DNA of 62,720 bases, the filler included, from Eubacteriales bacterium (lineage in GTDB: Bacteria > Bacillota > Clostridia > Oscillospirales > CAG-382), in assembly GCA_045636665.1 (NCBI GenBank). It is 5 parts of 5 records of this genome, joined end to end, with 100 filler letters (N's around TTAATTAATTAA, not from the genome) between each part and the next. Parts side by side here need not be neighbours in the genome. Positions count along the whole stretch, not along the records: positions 1 to 23,916 come from JAZTXY010000066.1; 4 more parts are not named here. One strand, given 5' to 3'. Position 1 is the first letter of the stretch; every line of letters begins with the position of its first letter. The position numbers and the translations under genes are program-made. Below are positions 1 to 10,653 of the stretch, one piece after another. The notes beneath the pieces were generated by a model that worked only from the letters and a program-made list of their open reading frames with translations, was not told the DNA's origin and did no database searches.

Positions 1-67
1 TCTTCTCCTTTATGAGCCTATTATATAAAATGGATATTTTATATAATAGAGGGAAATGATATTATTG

Positions 68-103
68 AAAAGACCTCTTGGGCTTTGTTCCAAGAGGTCT
101 TTT
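68..103 (-). terminator. Intrinsic terminator downstream of the 197-1003 gene
   Basis: AAAAGACCTCTTGG-N8-CCAAGAGGTCTTTT inverted repeat with A/T tails. Confidence 0.75.
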
Positions 104-196
104 GGTATATCAGACGCCTAATGTTTACTTATATATAGTTAAATATGCTTTTTACCGATTAAATTAATCAATGGCATCAAATCAATTTAATTGCAT

Positions 197-1003
197 TTAA
201 AAATTTTCAAACACACCTACCGGAAAATCTTTAGATACATCTTCGTTAGCATCGTTGGTAAGCTCAGTTATCGGTAAAATTCCGCCATAGTCATACATTG
301 GCTTACTCGTTAGTGAAAAGCAATCAACTTTATGATTAGCACAAAAATCTATAATGTCATCACCGTATTTAAACGTATTAAGGTTTCCGGTAAATGCCAA
401 AGTATCTTCCGAAATTTTACCTGCACAGCCTCCGATAAGTCCGTAACTATATCCGTTTAGTCCAATTTCACCATCGTCGCCAATCGTTAGCACGTCATAT
501 CCTTGATTACGAAGCGCTAAACCGATTAATTTGTCCGAAGTTATAAAAGCACTTTCGTTCACTAACACGGTACAACATTTTGTATAATTCTGACTTAAGT
601 AGATTATTTCTTTTTTCTCATATAACGCATACGCTTTAATAAGATAGTCAACGTTTTTGCCGCAAAACAGCTTATTGTTCACAGTGAAATTATTGAACGG
701 ACAGTCGAACGGATATAGGTTTTGAAGCTCAGTTTCGGTTTCTCGGAATAATTTTAAAGGAAGACCTTTGCAAAGATATTTTGGGTCGCTTTCACATATC
801 CACATACCTTTTCTGAAATTATTTACCAATATGTCGGGATGATACGCCAATTCACCATTCATGTTTTTAGATTTTCCGAGTATGTATGGGCGAATCATCA
901 TTGATTTTAATTCGTTTATTAATTCTTCGGGCATTAAACCCGAAACAAACACACGCAGAACTCGAGATTTAGGTAAATTCGGGTCGCAATATCTTTCCTT
1001 CAT
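197..1003 (-). CDS. DUF6873-like (GME/amidinotransferase-fold) hypothetical protein
   Basis: Motifs YHPD, YP.D..FN, YTKC, ITSD, YGLIGG, DYGG; ATG at 1003 preceded by GGAG. Confidence 0.6.
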   Translation of the reverse strand: MKERYCDPNLPKSRVLRVFVSGLMPEELINELKSMMIRPYILGKSKNMNGELAYHPDILVNNFRKGMWICESDPKYLCKGLPLKLFRETETELQNLYPFDCPFNNFTVNNKLFCGKNVDYLIKAYALYEKKEIIYLSQNYTKCCTVLVNESAFITSDKLIGLALRNQGYDVLTIGDDGEIGLNGYSYGLIGGCAGKISEDTLAFTGNLNTFKYGDDIIDFCANHKVDCFSLTSKPMYDYGGILPITELTNDANEDVSKDFPVGVFENF

Positions 1004-1029
1004 ATTATTCTCCAAAAGGTAAAAACAGT

Positions 1030-2400
1030 TTAATTATCGATTAATTTCAGAAGATCATATACTCCGCGCAACGGAATAATTTCAATATCTTTTGGTACTT
1101 TAATACCCTTAACCGAACGATGCGGTACCGCGATGCGTTTAAACCCAAGACGAACCGATTCGTTGATTCTTTGGTTCGTATTCGAAACAGACCTGCATTC
1201 TCCCGCAAGTCCGATTTCACCCAAAACTATCAAATCATCGGGAACGGGTAAATTTTTATAAGAGGATATCATAGCCAACGCACAAGCAGCATCACCTGCA
1301 GGTTCCACCAATCGCATACCTGCGGCTACGTTGACATAAACATCCTGCGCAGAAAATCTTAAACCAAGACGTTTTTCAAGCACTGCAAGCAACAGCGCAG
1401 TACGGTTATAATCGATGCCCGACGACATTCTTCGCGGCGAAGGATAAACAGTTTGTGTGGCAAGGCATTGCACCTCGGCTATAAGCGGCCTGCTGCCCTC
1501 CATAACGCACACCGGACAGTTACCCGGTACACCATTAGGTCTTTGCGACAACATCATTTCAGAGGGCTTTTCAATCTCGTTAAGCCCCTCGTCGCTCATT
1601 TCAAAAACGCCTATTTCGTTTGTGGAACCGTAGCGATTTTTCTCGGCGCGAACGATTCTGTAAGCGTGTTGTTTATCGCCTTCAAAATATAAAACGGCAT
1701 CCACCATATGCTCTAATACTTTAGGACCTGCGATAGAGCCTTCCTTATTAACGTGGCCTACCAGAAGCATTGAAACGCCATCTTCCTTTGCTTTGCCAAT
1801 AAGCCGCAAAGCGCATTGTCTAACCTGCGTAACACTGCCTTGTGACGAAGGAAAATTTTCGTCATACATAGTTTGAATCGAATCGATAATCACAACTTCG
1901 GGCGAAACGGCATTAATTTCTCCGATTATATTATCAATATTGTTTTCACTCAAAATATATACGGCGTCGTGATCAACGCCCAAACGTCTGCAACGCATTT
2001 TGATTTGTGCGGCAGATTCCTCACCGGTAATATACAAAACCTTACCGTTGTTTCCCAACGCCTCGCATATTTGCAACAGAAGAGTTGACTTCCCTATTCC
2101 CGGTTCACCCGAAAGCAACACGACAGAGCCCGAAACGATACCGCCGCCCAATACTCTATCAAATTCATTAATCCCCGTTCCGATTCTTTCCTTCTCAAGA
2201 AAAGACACGTCTTTGATTTTTGTAGCTTTAGAATTTTGCGCAACTATATTGTTGTCGGGGCGAGTTTTTTTAATTTTTGACGGTATTTCTTGAACAACTT
2301 CACGTTGATTAAAAGTGTTCCATTCTCCGCATTGCGGACATCTTCCGTACCATTTCGACGCAACATATTCGCAATTTTCGCAAATATACTCAGTTTTCAT
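1030..2400 (-). CDS. radA: DNA repair protein RadA/Sms
   Basis: N-terminal C4 zinc finger (CENC..CPQC), Walker A GEPGIGKS, KNRYG motif, Lon-like C-terminus; ATG at 2400 overlaps upstream stop. Confidence 0.97.
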   Translation of the reverse strand: MKTEYICENCEYVASKWYGRCPQCGEWNTFNQREVVQEIPSKIKKTRPDNNIVAQNSKATKIKDVSFLEKERIGTGINEFDRVLGGGIVSGSVVLLSGEPGIGKSTLLLQICEALGNNGKVLYITGEESAAQIKMRCRRLGVDHDAVYILSENNIDNIIGEINAVSPEVVIIDSIQTMYDENFPSSQGSVTQVRQCALRLIGKAKEDGVSMLLVGHVNKEGSIAGPKVLEHMVDAVLYFEGDKQHAYRIVRAEKNRYGSTNEIGVFEMSDEGLNEIEKPSEMMLSQRPNGVPGNCPVCVMEGSRPLIAEVQCLATQTVYPSPRRMSSGIDYNRTALLLAVLEKRLGLRFSAQDVYVNVAAGMRLVEPAGDAACALAMISSYKNLPVPDDLIVLGEIGLAGECRSVSNTNQRINESVRLGFKRIAVPHRSVKGIKVPKDIEIIPLRGVYDLLKLIDN

Positions 2401-3137
2401 TTCAAATTCTCCAAATATTCTGCCACACCACAATAAATCGACATTGTAATTGCTATTTTATAATTTAAATCCTTTAAAAGTTCTGCTTCATCTTCATTAG
2501 AAATAAATCCGCATTCAACAAGTGTAGCAGGCATTTCTAATTTTTCAAGCAAATAAATTGTATTCTTTGCGTCAGCAATAATGCGTTTATTGTCGGTTTG
2601 AAATACTTTAACGTTGCTTTGCACACTCTCTGCAAGCAACTTCCCTGCTTCGTTACCGCTTTTATAAAAAGCTTGCAAGCCCTTGCAATAATCGGCAGGA
2701 AATTTATTCATATGAATGCTCACGAAAATAGCATTTTCAAAACCGTTCGCAGCTTTTTCTCGATTTCTGATATCATAATACTTTTTGCGGTTTTCTTCAC
2801 CCTCGCCGTAAAGCAGGCGATCGTCATATCTTGTCAAATGCGTCTGATATCCATTCGCGACAAGAATTTCATTAAGAAGCTTTGCAATTTCAAGGTTAAG
2901 TTCTTTTTCGACAAGGCCATTAGAAACAGCCCCCGGATCTTCACCGCCGTGACCTGCATCAATAATAACGACAGGCTTTTTATCAACGGTATCATTAACC
3001 TCATTGTTTGTTTTGAGCCCCTTGTAACCCATAGAGGTGAACATCGTAGCAAAAAAGTAAAATATCAATGAAACAGAAAGAACTATTGATAAAATCAACA
3101 AGCACAAACGAGCTTCTTTATAAATGTTAAAACGCAT
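2397..3137 (-). CDS. N-acetylmuramoyl-L-alanine amidase (Amidase_3, CwlD-like)
   Basis: N-terminal TM; IDAGHGG, EKELNL, SIHMN and LVECGFISN zinc-amidase motifs. Confidence 0.9.
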   Translation of the reverse strand: MRFNIYKEARLCLLILSIVLSVSLIFYFFATMFTSMGYKGLKTNNEVNDTVDKKPVVIIDAGHGGEDPGAVSNGLVEKELNLEIAKLLNEILVANGYQTHLTRYDDRLLYGEGEENRKKYYDIRNREKAANGFENAIFVSIHMNKFPADYCKGLQAFYKSGNEAGKLLAESVQSNVKVFQTDNKRIIADAKNTIYLLEKLEMPATLVECGFISNEDEAELLKDLNYKIAITMSIYCGVAEYLENLK

Positions 3138-3197
3138 ATAAACCTCACAAAATCTTTTTGTAAATCTATATGCGATCTAACTTATTGCTATTACGTT

Positions 3198-3797
3198 TTA
3201 TTCTTTATTTTTGGGTTTGCGTTCAAGCGGACCGCCAAAAGGAGGCTTTACGTTCATGCCAAACATTCCGCGTATGGTTTTATCCTTGCATCCGATTGCA
3301 TATCCAAGAAAGCTTGCAATAATCGAAGGCAACAAGGTTACAATTACATAACCAATTATACCAATATAATCTAAAAGCTTATAAAGGCTCAAAAAGCTAC
3401 CCTGACACGCATAAAAGAGCAACAAAGGAATAGGCGTTTGATCTTCACCCGAAGGAGTTGCCAAAATCACAATAATTACCGAAATACCGATTAAGATCAC
3501 AGGAGTATATCCCAAAAGCGCGATTTTCAATCCCTTTAATACGTCGGGCTTAGTACCTTCAGCGCGGTGCTTGATACCTTCTTTAACACCTGCAAAAAAA
3601 GCATCGTCGTAATGCATAAAGCAAAGAAAACCAACCGTGAACAAGCTTGCAATGATTGCAATACCGCTGAATCCACCCGAACCGTCCTCAAGCGTAAGCA
3701 CGGCAAGTCCCACCATTATGCCGAGAATCGACATAACGAGATGTGTCATCATAAATTTTACAATCAATTTTGAATTTTCTCGAATGAATTTTAACAT
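3198..3797 (-). CDS. Integral membrane protein, unknown function
   Basis: 4-5 hydrophobic segments; ATG at 3797 with AGAGG RBS. Confidence 0.7.
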   Translation of the reverse strand: MLKFIRENSKLIVKFMMTHLVMSILGIMVGLAVLTLEDGSGGFSGIAIIASLFTVGFLCFMHYDDAFFAGVKEGIKHRAEGTKPDVLKGLKIALLGYTPVILIGISVIIVILATPSGEDQTPIPLLLFYACQGSFLSLYKLLDYIGIIGYVIVTLLPSIIASFLGYAIGCKDKTIRGMFGMNVKPPFGGPLERKPKNKE

Positions 3798-3801
3798 ATA
3801 A

Positions 3802-4548
3802 TCAGCCTCTTTTTGATTTTGCAAATATGTAAACAATTGCTAAAACTGTTATAACAATTATAATGCCAACGCCTGCCAAAGATAGATACATATACAAATC
3901 TTCTGATTCGTTTGCAGGTTCGGTTTCGATTATTATTGAATTTTCAACCTCGTAATATCGATTGCTTTGAGAAACCACAGACGCATCAACATCAAGATAA
4001 AATAGCTTTGAGTTTTCTTTATTAGCAGGATCAAAGGTTATTTTTGCGGAATTTGAGGACATTTTTATAAAATCAACAGTTTTTCCGTTTTCAACAATCT
4101 CGCCTCTAAGATCAGAATAACTGATCTTTATATCAGTGGCAGTGTTGTTGATAGGCTTGAATTCTGCGATTATACCAAGCGCGTTATCAGACTTTGCACC
4201 TTCGCCCAAAGCGATAACAGCATATCCCCAACGATAAACACCGTCAGAAGTCTGCATTGAAAAATTTTCGACGTTTTCTTCTGTCAAGAGATTATTCCAT
4301 TTTTCGGGAATAATGTGTTCGATCCCAACCAATTCAAGCGCGGTGTGATCGTATTTTATATCATATTCGACGCTAATAATGCCGTCCTTAACCTTTATAT
4401 CACTGAAATAAGCTGTAACGACAATATTTTCATTATCGAATTTATATGAAACGTTCAATTTTGCATCCGCTTCAAAATCGGCAGAAACCGACATAATAAA
4501 TGACGAAAGAATTATAACAACAAATAAGCAGCTAATTACTTTTTTCAT
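3802..4548 (-). CDS. Secreted, C-terminally membrane-anchored protein with a cohesin-like beta domain
   Basis: Signal peptide ending VSA; 'GIISVEYDIKYDHTALELV' resembles the cohesin pattern; C-terminal TM plus basic tail. Confidence 0.55.
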   Translation of the reverse strand: MKKVISCLFVVIILSSFIMSVSADFEADAKLNVSYKFDNENIVVTAYFSDIKVKDGIISVEYDIKYDHTALELVGIEHIIPEKWNNLLTEENVENFSMQTSDGVYRWGYAVIALGEGAKSDNALGIIAEFKPINNTATDIKISYSDLRGEIVENGKTVDFIKMSSNSAKITFDPANKENSKLFYLDVDASVVSQSNRYYEVENSIIIETEPANESEDLYMYLSLAGVGIIIVITVLAIVYIFAKSKRG

Positions 4549-4551
4549 TAT

Positions 4552-7500
4552 TCAACTCCGCTTTTTACCTTTAGTTTTATTAATTTTAATTAACAAAACT
4601 ATAACTACGATTAACATTATAGCAAGACACGAAGCAACAAAAATCATCTTTCCGTAAGCAGGTCTTTCAAGATTAATTTCGGTGTTGCTTGTTGTAACTT
4701 GACGGTTTGTATACTGTTTTTCGGTATAACGAGCGTAAAGCTCGGTAAGTTCTTTTGAAACAGTAACCGAATCCGTAATCTTTTCGCCGCCCTCTTTTGC
4801 GGTATACCAACCAACGAAATCATAACCGGTCTTAAAAGGATTACCGGGAAGCGAAACAGTGCCGCCAACCTTATTTTCGTAAGTTACAACCTTATTTTCA
4901 TCGGCTATAAATCTAACCTTTCCTCCTTCGGATTTACCGATGAAAAGATAATCAAAGTTGACAACCTCACCGTTAGTAGCATTCGTAATATAAATACTGC
5001 TAATTACCTTTTTGCCGCTTACAAATTCAGAAAGATCAATATAACCGTTCCAAGTGCCTCTGATATCACTCGGAGCGTTATTTACGTATCCGAATTTCGA
5101 TGCAATTTCTTTGGTTTGTGAAAAATTCAAAGAAGTGCCGGCAAAATTAATTTGTATGTTCCATTTTGCGTTTTTATCTGTAGATACACCAAAATACAAA
5201 CGGTTATATTTATCAAGGTCCAAAACAATTTGATCCGATCCGTTAACCTCGTATTTAGGATTGGGATCTTTGATGTTTTTATTATAGTAATTATACCCCA
5301 TTGTTATCCAATGGCCGTTTGCGTCGCCGGCTTTGTTGAAGATCGAAACAACACCGTTATCGTTGATAGACGTTTCGATTTCTTGAGTGCCTGACGTTCT
5401 CTTGAGCAAATTAACGTCACTCGGCAACAGGTTAAGCGCAACTTCAATAAAATCAGCGTTCGGGAATTTATTATCCTCGTTCATTCTGAAGTTTTCGCTA
5501 ACGTAATCATAACCGGTAACTTCTATTCTTTCACCTACGGGATTAGAATATTCGGGAGATTCATCGGGTTCATAATCGACCTCGTATTCCCACAAAACGA
5601 AAATTTCGGATAAACTCTTAGCATCGTTATATTCAACTTCTGTAAAGAACGCTTCGCATCCTTTAAGACTCAAATCATCCTCACCGACGTTGCCGACGAA
5701 TTCGGATTTATGCATAACGTTAAAAGAGCTTGTGCAAATAGAACGATCGGCGCTTATCAAATCAAGATCGTAAACGAAACTGTCGGAATAAGACGGATAG
5801 TAGTTATTGGGGTCTTGACCGAACTGAGAAGCAACGGGAGAATAGGTTTTGGAAATAACTTGTCCCGCATCGTTAAATGTCATCAAACGCACAAAGCCTT
5901 CGCCGTCGCAAGTACAACCGTTTACAACGTGCTGAGGACCGACGCCCAATTCAGCAAACTGATAGTCCGCCAAAATTTCAAGAACGTATCTATCGGTATC
6001 TCCAACCTGTTTGATTTGGTCACAAACGCCCTCATTATGACCGCAAAGAACCATTTTAACGTTTTCATTGGGGACAACGATTTTTTCCCAAATAACTTCA
6101 GTTCTGTCACCAGAATAAGCACCCGAAGGAAGCAAATATTCGTGTGTGCAAAGAACGACGTTTCTTGTCGGATATGCCTTACAAACGTTATTTGCCCAGG
6201 CAATAAGATCTTCATCGTTTTCTTTTTGGTTACCGATATAAAGGAACACAAAATCATATCCACCAAGAGAAATCAAATCATAATGGTGCATATTATTGTT
6301 AAGACTTCCTCCGTACCAATCGAAGTCCTTATATCTGTCTTCGCCAAAATACTTCCAATAATAGTCGTAGTTTTCGCTTGTATGAAGTATGTCGTGGTTA
6401 CCCGAAACGACACCGTTGGGAACCAACGCATCGTCAAGTATCTTTTGAGCGGCAGATGCTACCTTATATTCATTATGTGCGATTGCATCACCTGCGTCGG
6501 TTTGATCAACAAGGTCGCCGGTATGAACGTAATAACCGATATTACCTTTTTTGTATTGATCTACTGCATACTCGTTTATTTTATAATAAAACTCATTCAA
6601 GTCTTCAAAACGAGAATAATACTGTGTGTCGGAGTTCCAAAGTAAAGTATCGCTTCCGTTGAAAACTACCTCGGGCATCGCGTTAATTCTCATCTTTTTC
6701 TTGTACGAGTAATTTTCCAAGGGAACGTAAACCGAAACAGAATCGCCGCTTTTTACAGAAGCAATTTTATCCCAAGCAGATGTGCTGTAGTTCCAAGCTT
6801 TAAGGCAAATATCACTACCGTTTCCTGTAGTACCGCTATAAGAAACCAAAACCTCATCGTCCTTAACGCCGTCAACGTTAATTACGAAAGATTGATAAGG
6901 AACACTGTCGCCGATGGATTCGGTAACAAGCTCGGCTTTATCATTAAAGGAAACAAGAACCTCGTCTTCAGACCTTAAAAAGTCTTGGTTAAGCGCTCCG
7001 TAGCGGTTTTCGAACATTCTTATGTCTTTTAATAACTCACCGGAAAAAATTTTACCGCTGCCAAGAACGGAAATATTAAGATTTTCTTCGAAAAATTCAA
7101 CGTGATAAAGCTTTTCGGTTACTTCAAAACGAAGTGTATTTATCGATTTATTACCCGCAGCGTCGATTGCAGTAACAACAGCAACGTGCTTACCGGTTGA
7201 AAGCTTTTTGGGATTAATCGAAATGGATCTCTTGCCGTCAACAAAAAGCTCGGTCTTAACGCTTGAAATGTCGTTTGCGTTAAAAGAAACCTTTTGAAGC
7301 TTCGAAACCAACGCGCCGTCCTTTACCGAAAATTCAATAACAGGTGCGCTGTTATCGACGGTAAATTTCTTTTCGGAAACAACTTTTCCGTTTTTCTTGA
7401 ATTGCGCGATATGGTCACCGTCTTTAATTTTATTAGTATCAACAATAAACATTCCGTTATCTTTGGAATAATCGAAAACATAGCCGATATAAACAGGAAC

Positions 7501-8070
7501 GTTAGGAGTGCTGCCGCCGAGTCCGGTGTCGGCAATCCAACCGTCGCCAACCGAAATTCCGTCTTTATATTCAACAGATTTTTTGGTTACTCCTGCAGAG
7601 CCGACAATCGGAAGATAGTAATTAGCCGATTTGGGAGCTGCAAAGCCGATACCTTCGAAGCTTACTTTTTCAACAACAATATCATCGATATTTACTTTTC
7701 CGTAGACAATATTTTCGTTATACAGAGCATTACCTGCGCCGAGAACTATGCGAAGCTCATTTTCGCCGTCAATAAGGTCGGTTGTTTTAATAGAAACAAC
7801 GTTTTCGCCGTCGACGAGATTAACAAGCTTCTTTCCGTTAAGCTGTATTTGGCTCAATGCGTTACCGGAGTCAGAAACCTTAATATGAGCAGTAAACTCA
7901 AAATCGGTTGATGCTTTAAAATCAACACCGTCAATAGTAACTGTATCTGCATCATTATTATCAAACACAACAACACCGCAAAGCATCTCGGGCGAAGCGG
8001 CAAACGCGTGCAAAGGAAGGCACGATAACACTATAATCGATAATAGAATTGTCACTATAATGCGTTTCAT
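4552..8070 (-). CDS. Large surface-anchored metallophosphoesterase with Ig-like domains and an InlB B-repeat
   Basis: Signal peptide; calcineurin-like motifs SDTQ, HTGDLVD, GNHD, THEY, CGHN; PFKTGYDFVGWY B-repeat; C-terminal TM. Confidence 0.85.
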   Translation of the reverse strand: MKRIIVTILLSIIVLSCLPLHAFAASPEMLCGVVVFDNNDADTVTIDGVDFKASTDFEFTAHIKVSDSGNALSQIQLNGKKLVNLVDGENVVSIKTTDLIDGENELRIVLGAGNALYNENIVYGKVNIDDIVVEKVSFEGIGFAAPKSANYYLPIVGSAGVTKKSVEYKDGISVGDGWIADTGLGGSTPNVPVYIGYVFDYSKDNGMFIVDTNKIKDGDHIAQFKKNGKVVSEKKFTVDNSAPVIEFSVKDGALVSKLQKVSFNANDISSVKTELFVDGKRSISINPKKLSTGKHVAVVTAIDAAGNKSINTLRFEVTEKLYHVEFFEENLNISVLGSGKIFSGELLKDIRMFENRYGALNQDFLRSEDEVLVSFNDKAELVTESIGDSVPYQSFVINVDGVKDDEVLVSYSGTTGNGSDICLKAWNYSTSAWDKIASVKSGDSVSVYVPLENYSYKKKMRINAMPEVVFNGSDTLLWNSDTQYYSRFEDLNEFYYKINEYAVDQYKKGNIGYYVHTGDLVDQTDAGDAIAHNEYKVASAAQKILDDALVPNGVVSGNHDILHTSENYDYYWKYFGEDRYKDFDWYGGSLNNNMHHYDLISLGGYDFVFLYIGNQKENDEDLIAWANNVCKAYPTRNVVLCTHEYLLPSGAYSGDRTEVIWEKIVVPNENVKMVLCGHNEGVCDQIKQVGDTDRYVLEILADYQFAELGVGPQHVVNGCTCDGEGFVRLMTFNDAGQVISKTYSPVASQFGQDPNNYYPSYSDSFVYDLDLISADRSICTSSFNVMHKSEFVGNVGEDDLSLKGCEAFFTEVEYNDAKSLSEIFVLWEYEVDYEPDESPEYSNPVGERIEVTGYDYVSENFRMNEDNKFPNADFIEVALNLLPSDVNLLKRTSGTQEIETSINDNGVVSIFNKAGDANGHWITMGYNYYNKNIKDPNPKYEVNGSDQIVLDLDKYNRLYFGVSTDKNAKWNIQINFAGTSLNFSQTKEIASKFGYVNNAPSDIRGTWNGYIDLSEFVSGKKVISSIYITNATNGEVVNFDYLFIGKSEGGKVRFIADENKVVTYENKVGGTVSLPGNPFKTGYDFVGWYTAKEGGEKITDSVTVSKELTELYARYTEKQYTNRQVTTSNTEINLERPAYGKMIFVASCLAIMLIVVIVLLIKINKTKGKKRS

Positions 8071-8102
8071 ATTTTAGACTCCTGATATTCATAATTAACT
8101 AC

Positions 8103-8131
8103 ATTATAGTATTTTTTTACCATTATGTCAA
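8103..8131 (-). promoter_or_regulatory. SigA promoter of the phosphoesterase gene cluster
   Basis: Perfect TTGACA-N17-TATAAT on the minus strand. Confidence 0.8.
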
Positions 8132-8233
8132 GCGTTTGAGCGTTACTGTTATGTGAACAAAGCTTAAATAAATACTTGAAAATTAATGTAAAAAGAATAT
8201 GATGGTTTTATCGTTATATATTAAGGACATTAT

Positions 8234-8332
8234 ATGATTAGATTGTACAAAAACAAATTAATTTATGTATTAGTCACTCTATTGATAATAATTTGTTGCT
8301 CTTGTGACACCTTTAGAATTTTTACCCGATGA
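8234..8332 (+). CDS. Small 32-aa hydrophobic peptide (lipoprotein-signal-like)
   Basis: MIRLYKNKLIYVLVTLLIIICCSCDTFRIFTR; AAGGA RBS, TTGAAA-N16-TATGAT upstream, hairpin immediately downstream. Confidence 0.4.
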   Translation: MIRLYKNKLIYVLVTLLIIICCSCDTFRIFTR

Positions 8333-8333
8333 A

Positions 8334-8378
8334 TATAAATAAAGAAATGCCCGCAATGCGGGCATTTCTTTATTTATA
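8334..8378. terminator. Bidirectional intrinsic terminator
   Basis: Perfect 21-bp inverted repeat TATAAATAAAGAAATGCCCGC-AAT-GCGGGCATTTCTTTATTTATA. Confidence 0.85.
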
Positions 8379-8391
8379 AAATTACTTATCG

Positions 8392-9936
8392 TTATTTAAT
8401 AACATCGATAATGGTTTTAGCAACCTTTTCCATGCCGTTTTTATTGGGATGAAGCTTATCTACGGTAAATTGAGAGATATTTGAAGGAGTAATTCCGCTG
8501 TTGTTATAAAGGTCGATCAAATTAACTCCCATATTTGCCGCAATGGTTCTTATTGCATCGTTATATGCAGATTCATCGATTCCCTGCGCATTGTTTGAAC
8601 CGGAAAAACGTTTTCTATCAGGTAAGAACGTACAGCAATAAACCTCAACGCCCTCATATTTATCCAATATATTTTTGATAGTTCTTCCGTACGCTTCGCT
8701 GAAATTGGTTGGGTTAACGGGAGGATCGCTCTTGCCGTCGTAAGTCCCTACGGCCGTTCCTGCTGCATAATCGTTGACACCCATAAAGACTACCACGACG
8801 TCAGGCTTAGCGACGTTTGAGGTGTTGTGGAGGTTCCGCGAGCGCACGTTATAGGTTTGGGCGGAATTGACAACCGATCCCGACCAAGAATTATTAACGG
8901 CAATTTCATAGCCAAGCTCTTTTGCAACCGTATGCCACCATGTATCTTGAACGGAAAGGTTGGCACCTACATAATTATTGTTGGGGTACCAAATCGCATT
9001 GCCGCCGATTGAATTGTTGTGCGACGTATTGTTTGACCATCCGCTGAAGGTAGAAATACTGTCGCCAAGGAAAGAAATATATTTTTTTCCTTCGTTGTCG
9101 TTATTGTTATCTGCTTCGGAATTCTTATAACCCTCGATTTTAAAGATCAAAGAATGGTTGTTTCCACCCTTGGATTCGAAAATTCGGTTCCAAAATCCAT
9201 AAGTGCCGTCATTACGCAAGAACATCGGCAAGACAGCCATATCGGTATCACCGAAAGCAAGTGTTTCATCGGGAGCGACTACAATTTCAAGATTATTTAC
9301 AGTAAGCCAATCTCCGCGCTTTACGTCCGAAAGCTTTCCTGTAAAATCCAATATGATCTTTTTACCGTTTTCAACCGTGCAATCATTCCTTTTGGTTGTG
9401 AAGTCCGTTTTAACAACGTAAATCGGCATATACAATTTTTCGGAATTAACGGTATAACCGCTCGCAAGCGAATCAAACGGGAAAGAAACCGAAGTAATTA
9501 CTGTGTCCGAAAACAACGTCGTATCATAAAGCGCAAAAGGCGCAAACGACGGAAGAAAAGGCGACGCGTAATTACTAAGACTTGAGCTGTCGAATAACGA
9601 AACTATTTCTTTTTTATCGTTTTCATTAGGCTTTTCGGGCTCAGACGTATCATTCGAGGTATCGCCAACCTCATCGCTTAATTCGTCCGACACTTCGTCT
9701 GATGTTTCATAAGAGGTGTCCGATGAAGTCTCAAGAGTGTCGGAGGAAGACTCGTAAGCATCCGCTGAAGACTCAGGCGTGTTCGAAGAAGACTCGAGAG
9801 TGTTCGCTGAAGACTCATAAGCGTCCGATGAAGACTCGGGCTTGGTTAAATCGGTACCGTCAGAAACTTCTGAACAACCAACCGCAGTAGCAACAACTAT
9901 GAGAAATGCCAATAATAACAAAAATATTCTTTTCAT
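8392..9936 (-). CDS. SGNH/GDSL hydrolase lipoprotein with Ser/Glu-rich linker
   Basis: Lipobox AVGC; blocks GDSIS, SWSG, GVND, DKLHP. Confidence 0.88.
   Translation of the reverse strand: MKRIFLLLLAFLIVVATAVGCSEVSDGTDLTKPESSSDAYESSANTLESSSNTPESSADAYESSSDTLETSSDTSYETSDEVSDELSDEVGDTSNDTSEPEKPNENDKKEIVSLFDSSSLSNYASPFLPSFAPFALYDTTLFSDTVITSVSFPFDSLASGYTVNSEKLYMPIYVVKTDFTTKRNDCTVENGKKIILDFTGKLSDVKRGDWLTVNNLEIVVAPDETLAFGDTDMAVLPMFLRNDGTYGFWNRIFESKGGNNHSLIFKIEGYKNSEADNNNDNEGKKYISFLGDSISTFSGWSNNTSHNNSIGGNAIWYPNNNYVGANLSVQDTWWHTVAKELGYEIAVNNSWSGSVVNSAQTYNVRSRNLHNTSNVAKPDVVVVFMGVNDYAAGTAVGTYDGKSDPPVNPTNFSEAYGRTIKNILDKYEGVEVYCCTFLPDRKRFSGSNNAQGIDESAYNDAIRTIAANMGVNLIDLYNNSGITPSNISQFTVDKLHPNKNGMEKVAKTIIDVIK
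9712..9837 (-). repeat. Intragenic 21-bp tandem repeat (~6 units, ESSxxxx heptapeptides)
   Basis: GAAGACTC/GAAGTCTC core at 9725, 9746, 9767, 9788, 9809 and 9830 (period 21). Confidence 0.85.
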
Positions 9937-9945
9937 AATTCAAAC

Positions 9946-10653
9946 CTAAAAATTAATTTTTAAATTTAGTCGTTGCATTATTTCTTTGCTTGGTTCGGGA
10001 ATATGATCAAACTTGAAAATTAAATTCATATCGTCGTATTTGACTTTACAAATCTTTTTAAAGGGCAATAATTCAATTTTGTCAACGCATTTGAACCTTT
10101 CGGATAAACCATTTAAAAAATCAATGCATTTCTCGTTATCGTTGAGTGTGGGAATAATCACCGATCTTATCGTTGTTGGAATGTTCATTTCATCAAGGAG
10201 CCTTATAAAAGCAAGCGGAGCTGACAAACTACAACCAACGTATTTCTGATAATCTTCATCGTTGGCATACTTAACGTCAAGTAAAACTCTGTCTGTAACA
10301 CTTAATGCTTTAATGACCTTATCGTTAATAATGCTTCCCGATGTATCAAGACAAGTGTTGATTCCCTCATCGTGACATAACGAAAATAATTCATACACGA
10401 AATCGGCTTGGAGCAAGGGTTCTCCTCCCGAAAGAGTGATGCCTCCCTTTGAGCCGTAATATGATTTAAATCGTTTTGCCTTTTCTAAAATCTCATTCGC
10501 AGTGTATTCTTCTCCGCCGTCGATACTCCAGGTTTCGGGATTGTGACAGCATCCGCAACGAAGATTGCACCCTTGCATAAAAACCACAAATCGAATTCCC
10601 GGGCCATCGAGAGCGCCAAGACTCTGGATAGAATTGATTCTTCCTTTGATCAT
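9946..10653 (-). CDS. pflA: Pyruvate formate-lyase activating enzyme (radical SAM)
   Basis: [14 protein letters not shown] (CxxxCxxC), SGGEP; overlaps the pflB stop. Confidence 0.95.
   Translation of the reverse strand: MIKGRINSIQSLGALDGPGIRFVVFMQGCNLRCGCCHNPETWSIDGGEEYTANEILEKAKRFKSYYGSKGGITLSGGEPLLQADFVYELFSLCHDEGINTCLDTSGSIINDKVIKALSVTDRVLLDVKYANDEDYQKYVGCSLSAPLAFIRLLDEMNIPTTIRSVIIPTLNDNEKCIDFLNGLSERFKCVDKIELLPFKKICKVKYDDMNLIFKFDHIPEPSKEIMQRLNLKINF

Noticed and set aside
9712..9837. Periodic GAAGACTC repeats as a mini-CRISPR
   Set aside because: Period is 21 nt, in frame within a lipoprotein linker; no unique spacers and no cas genes
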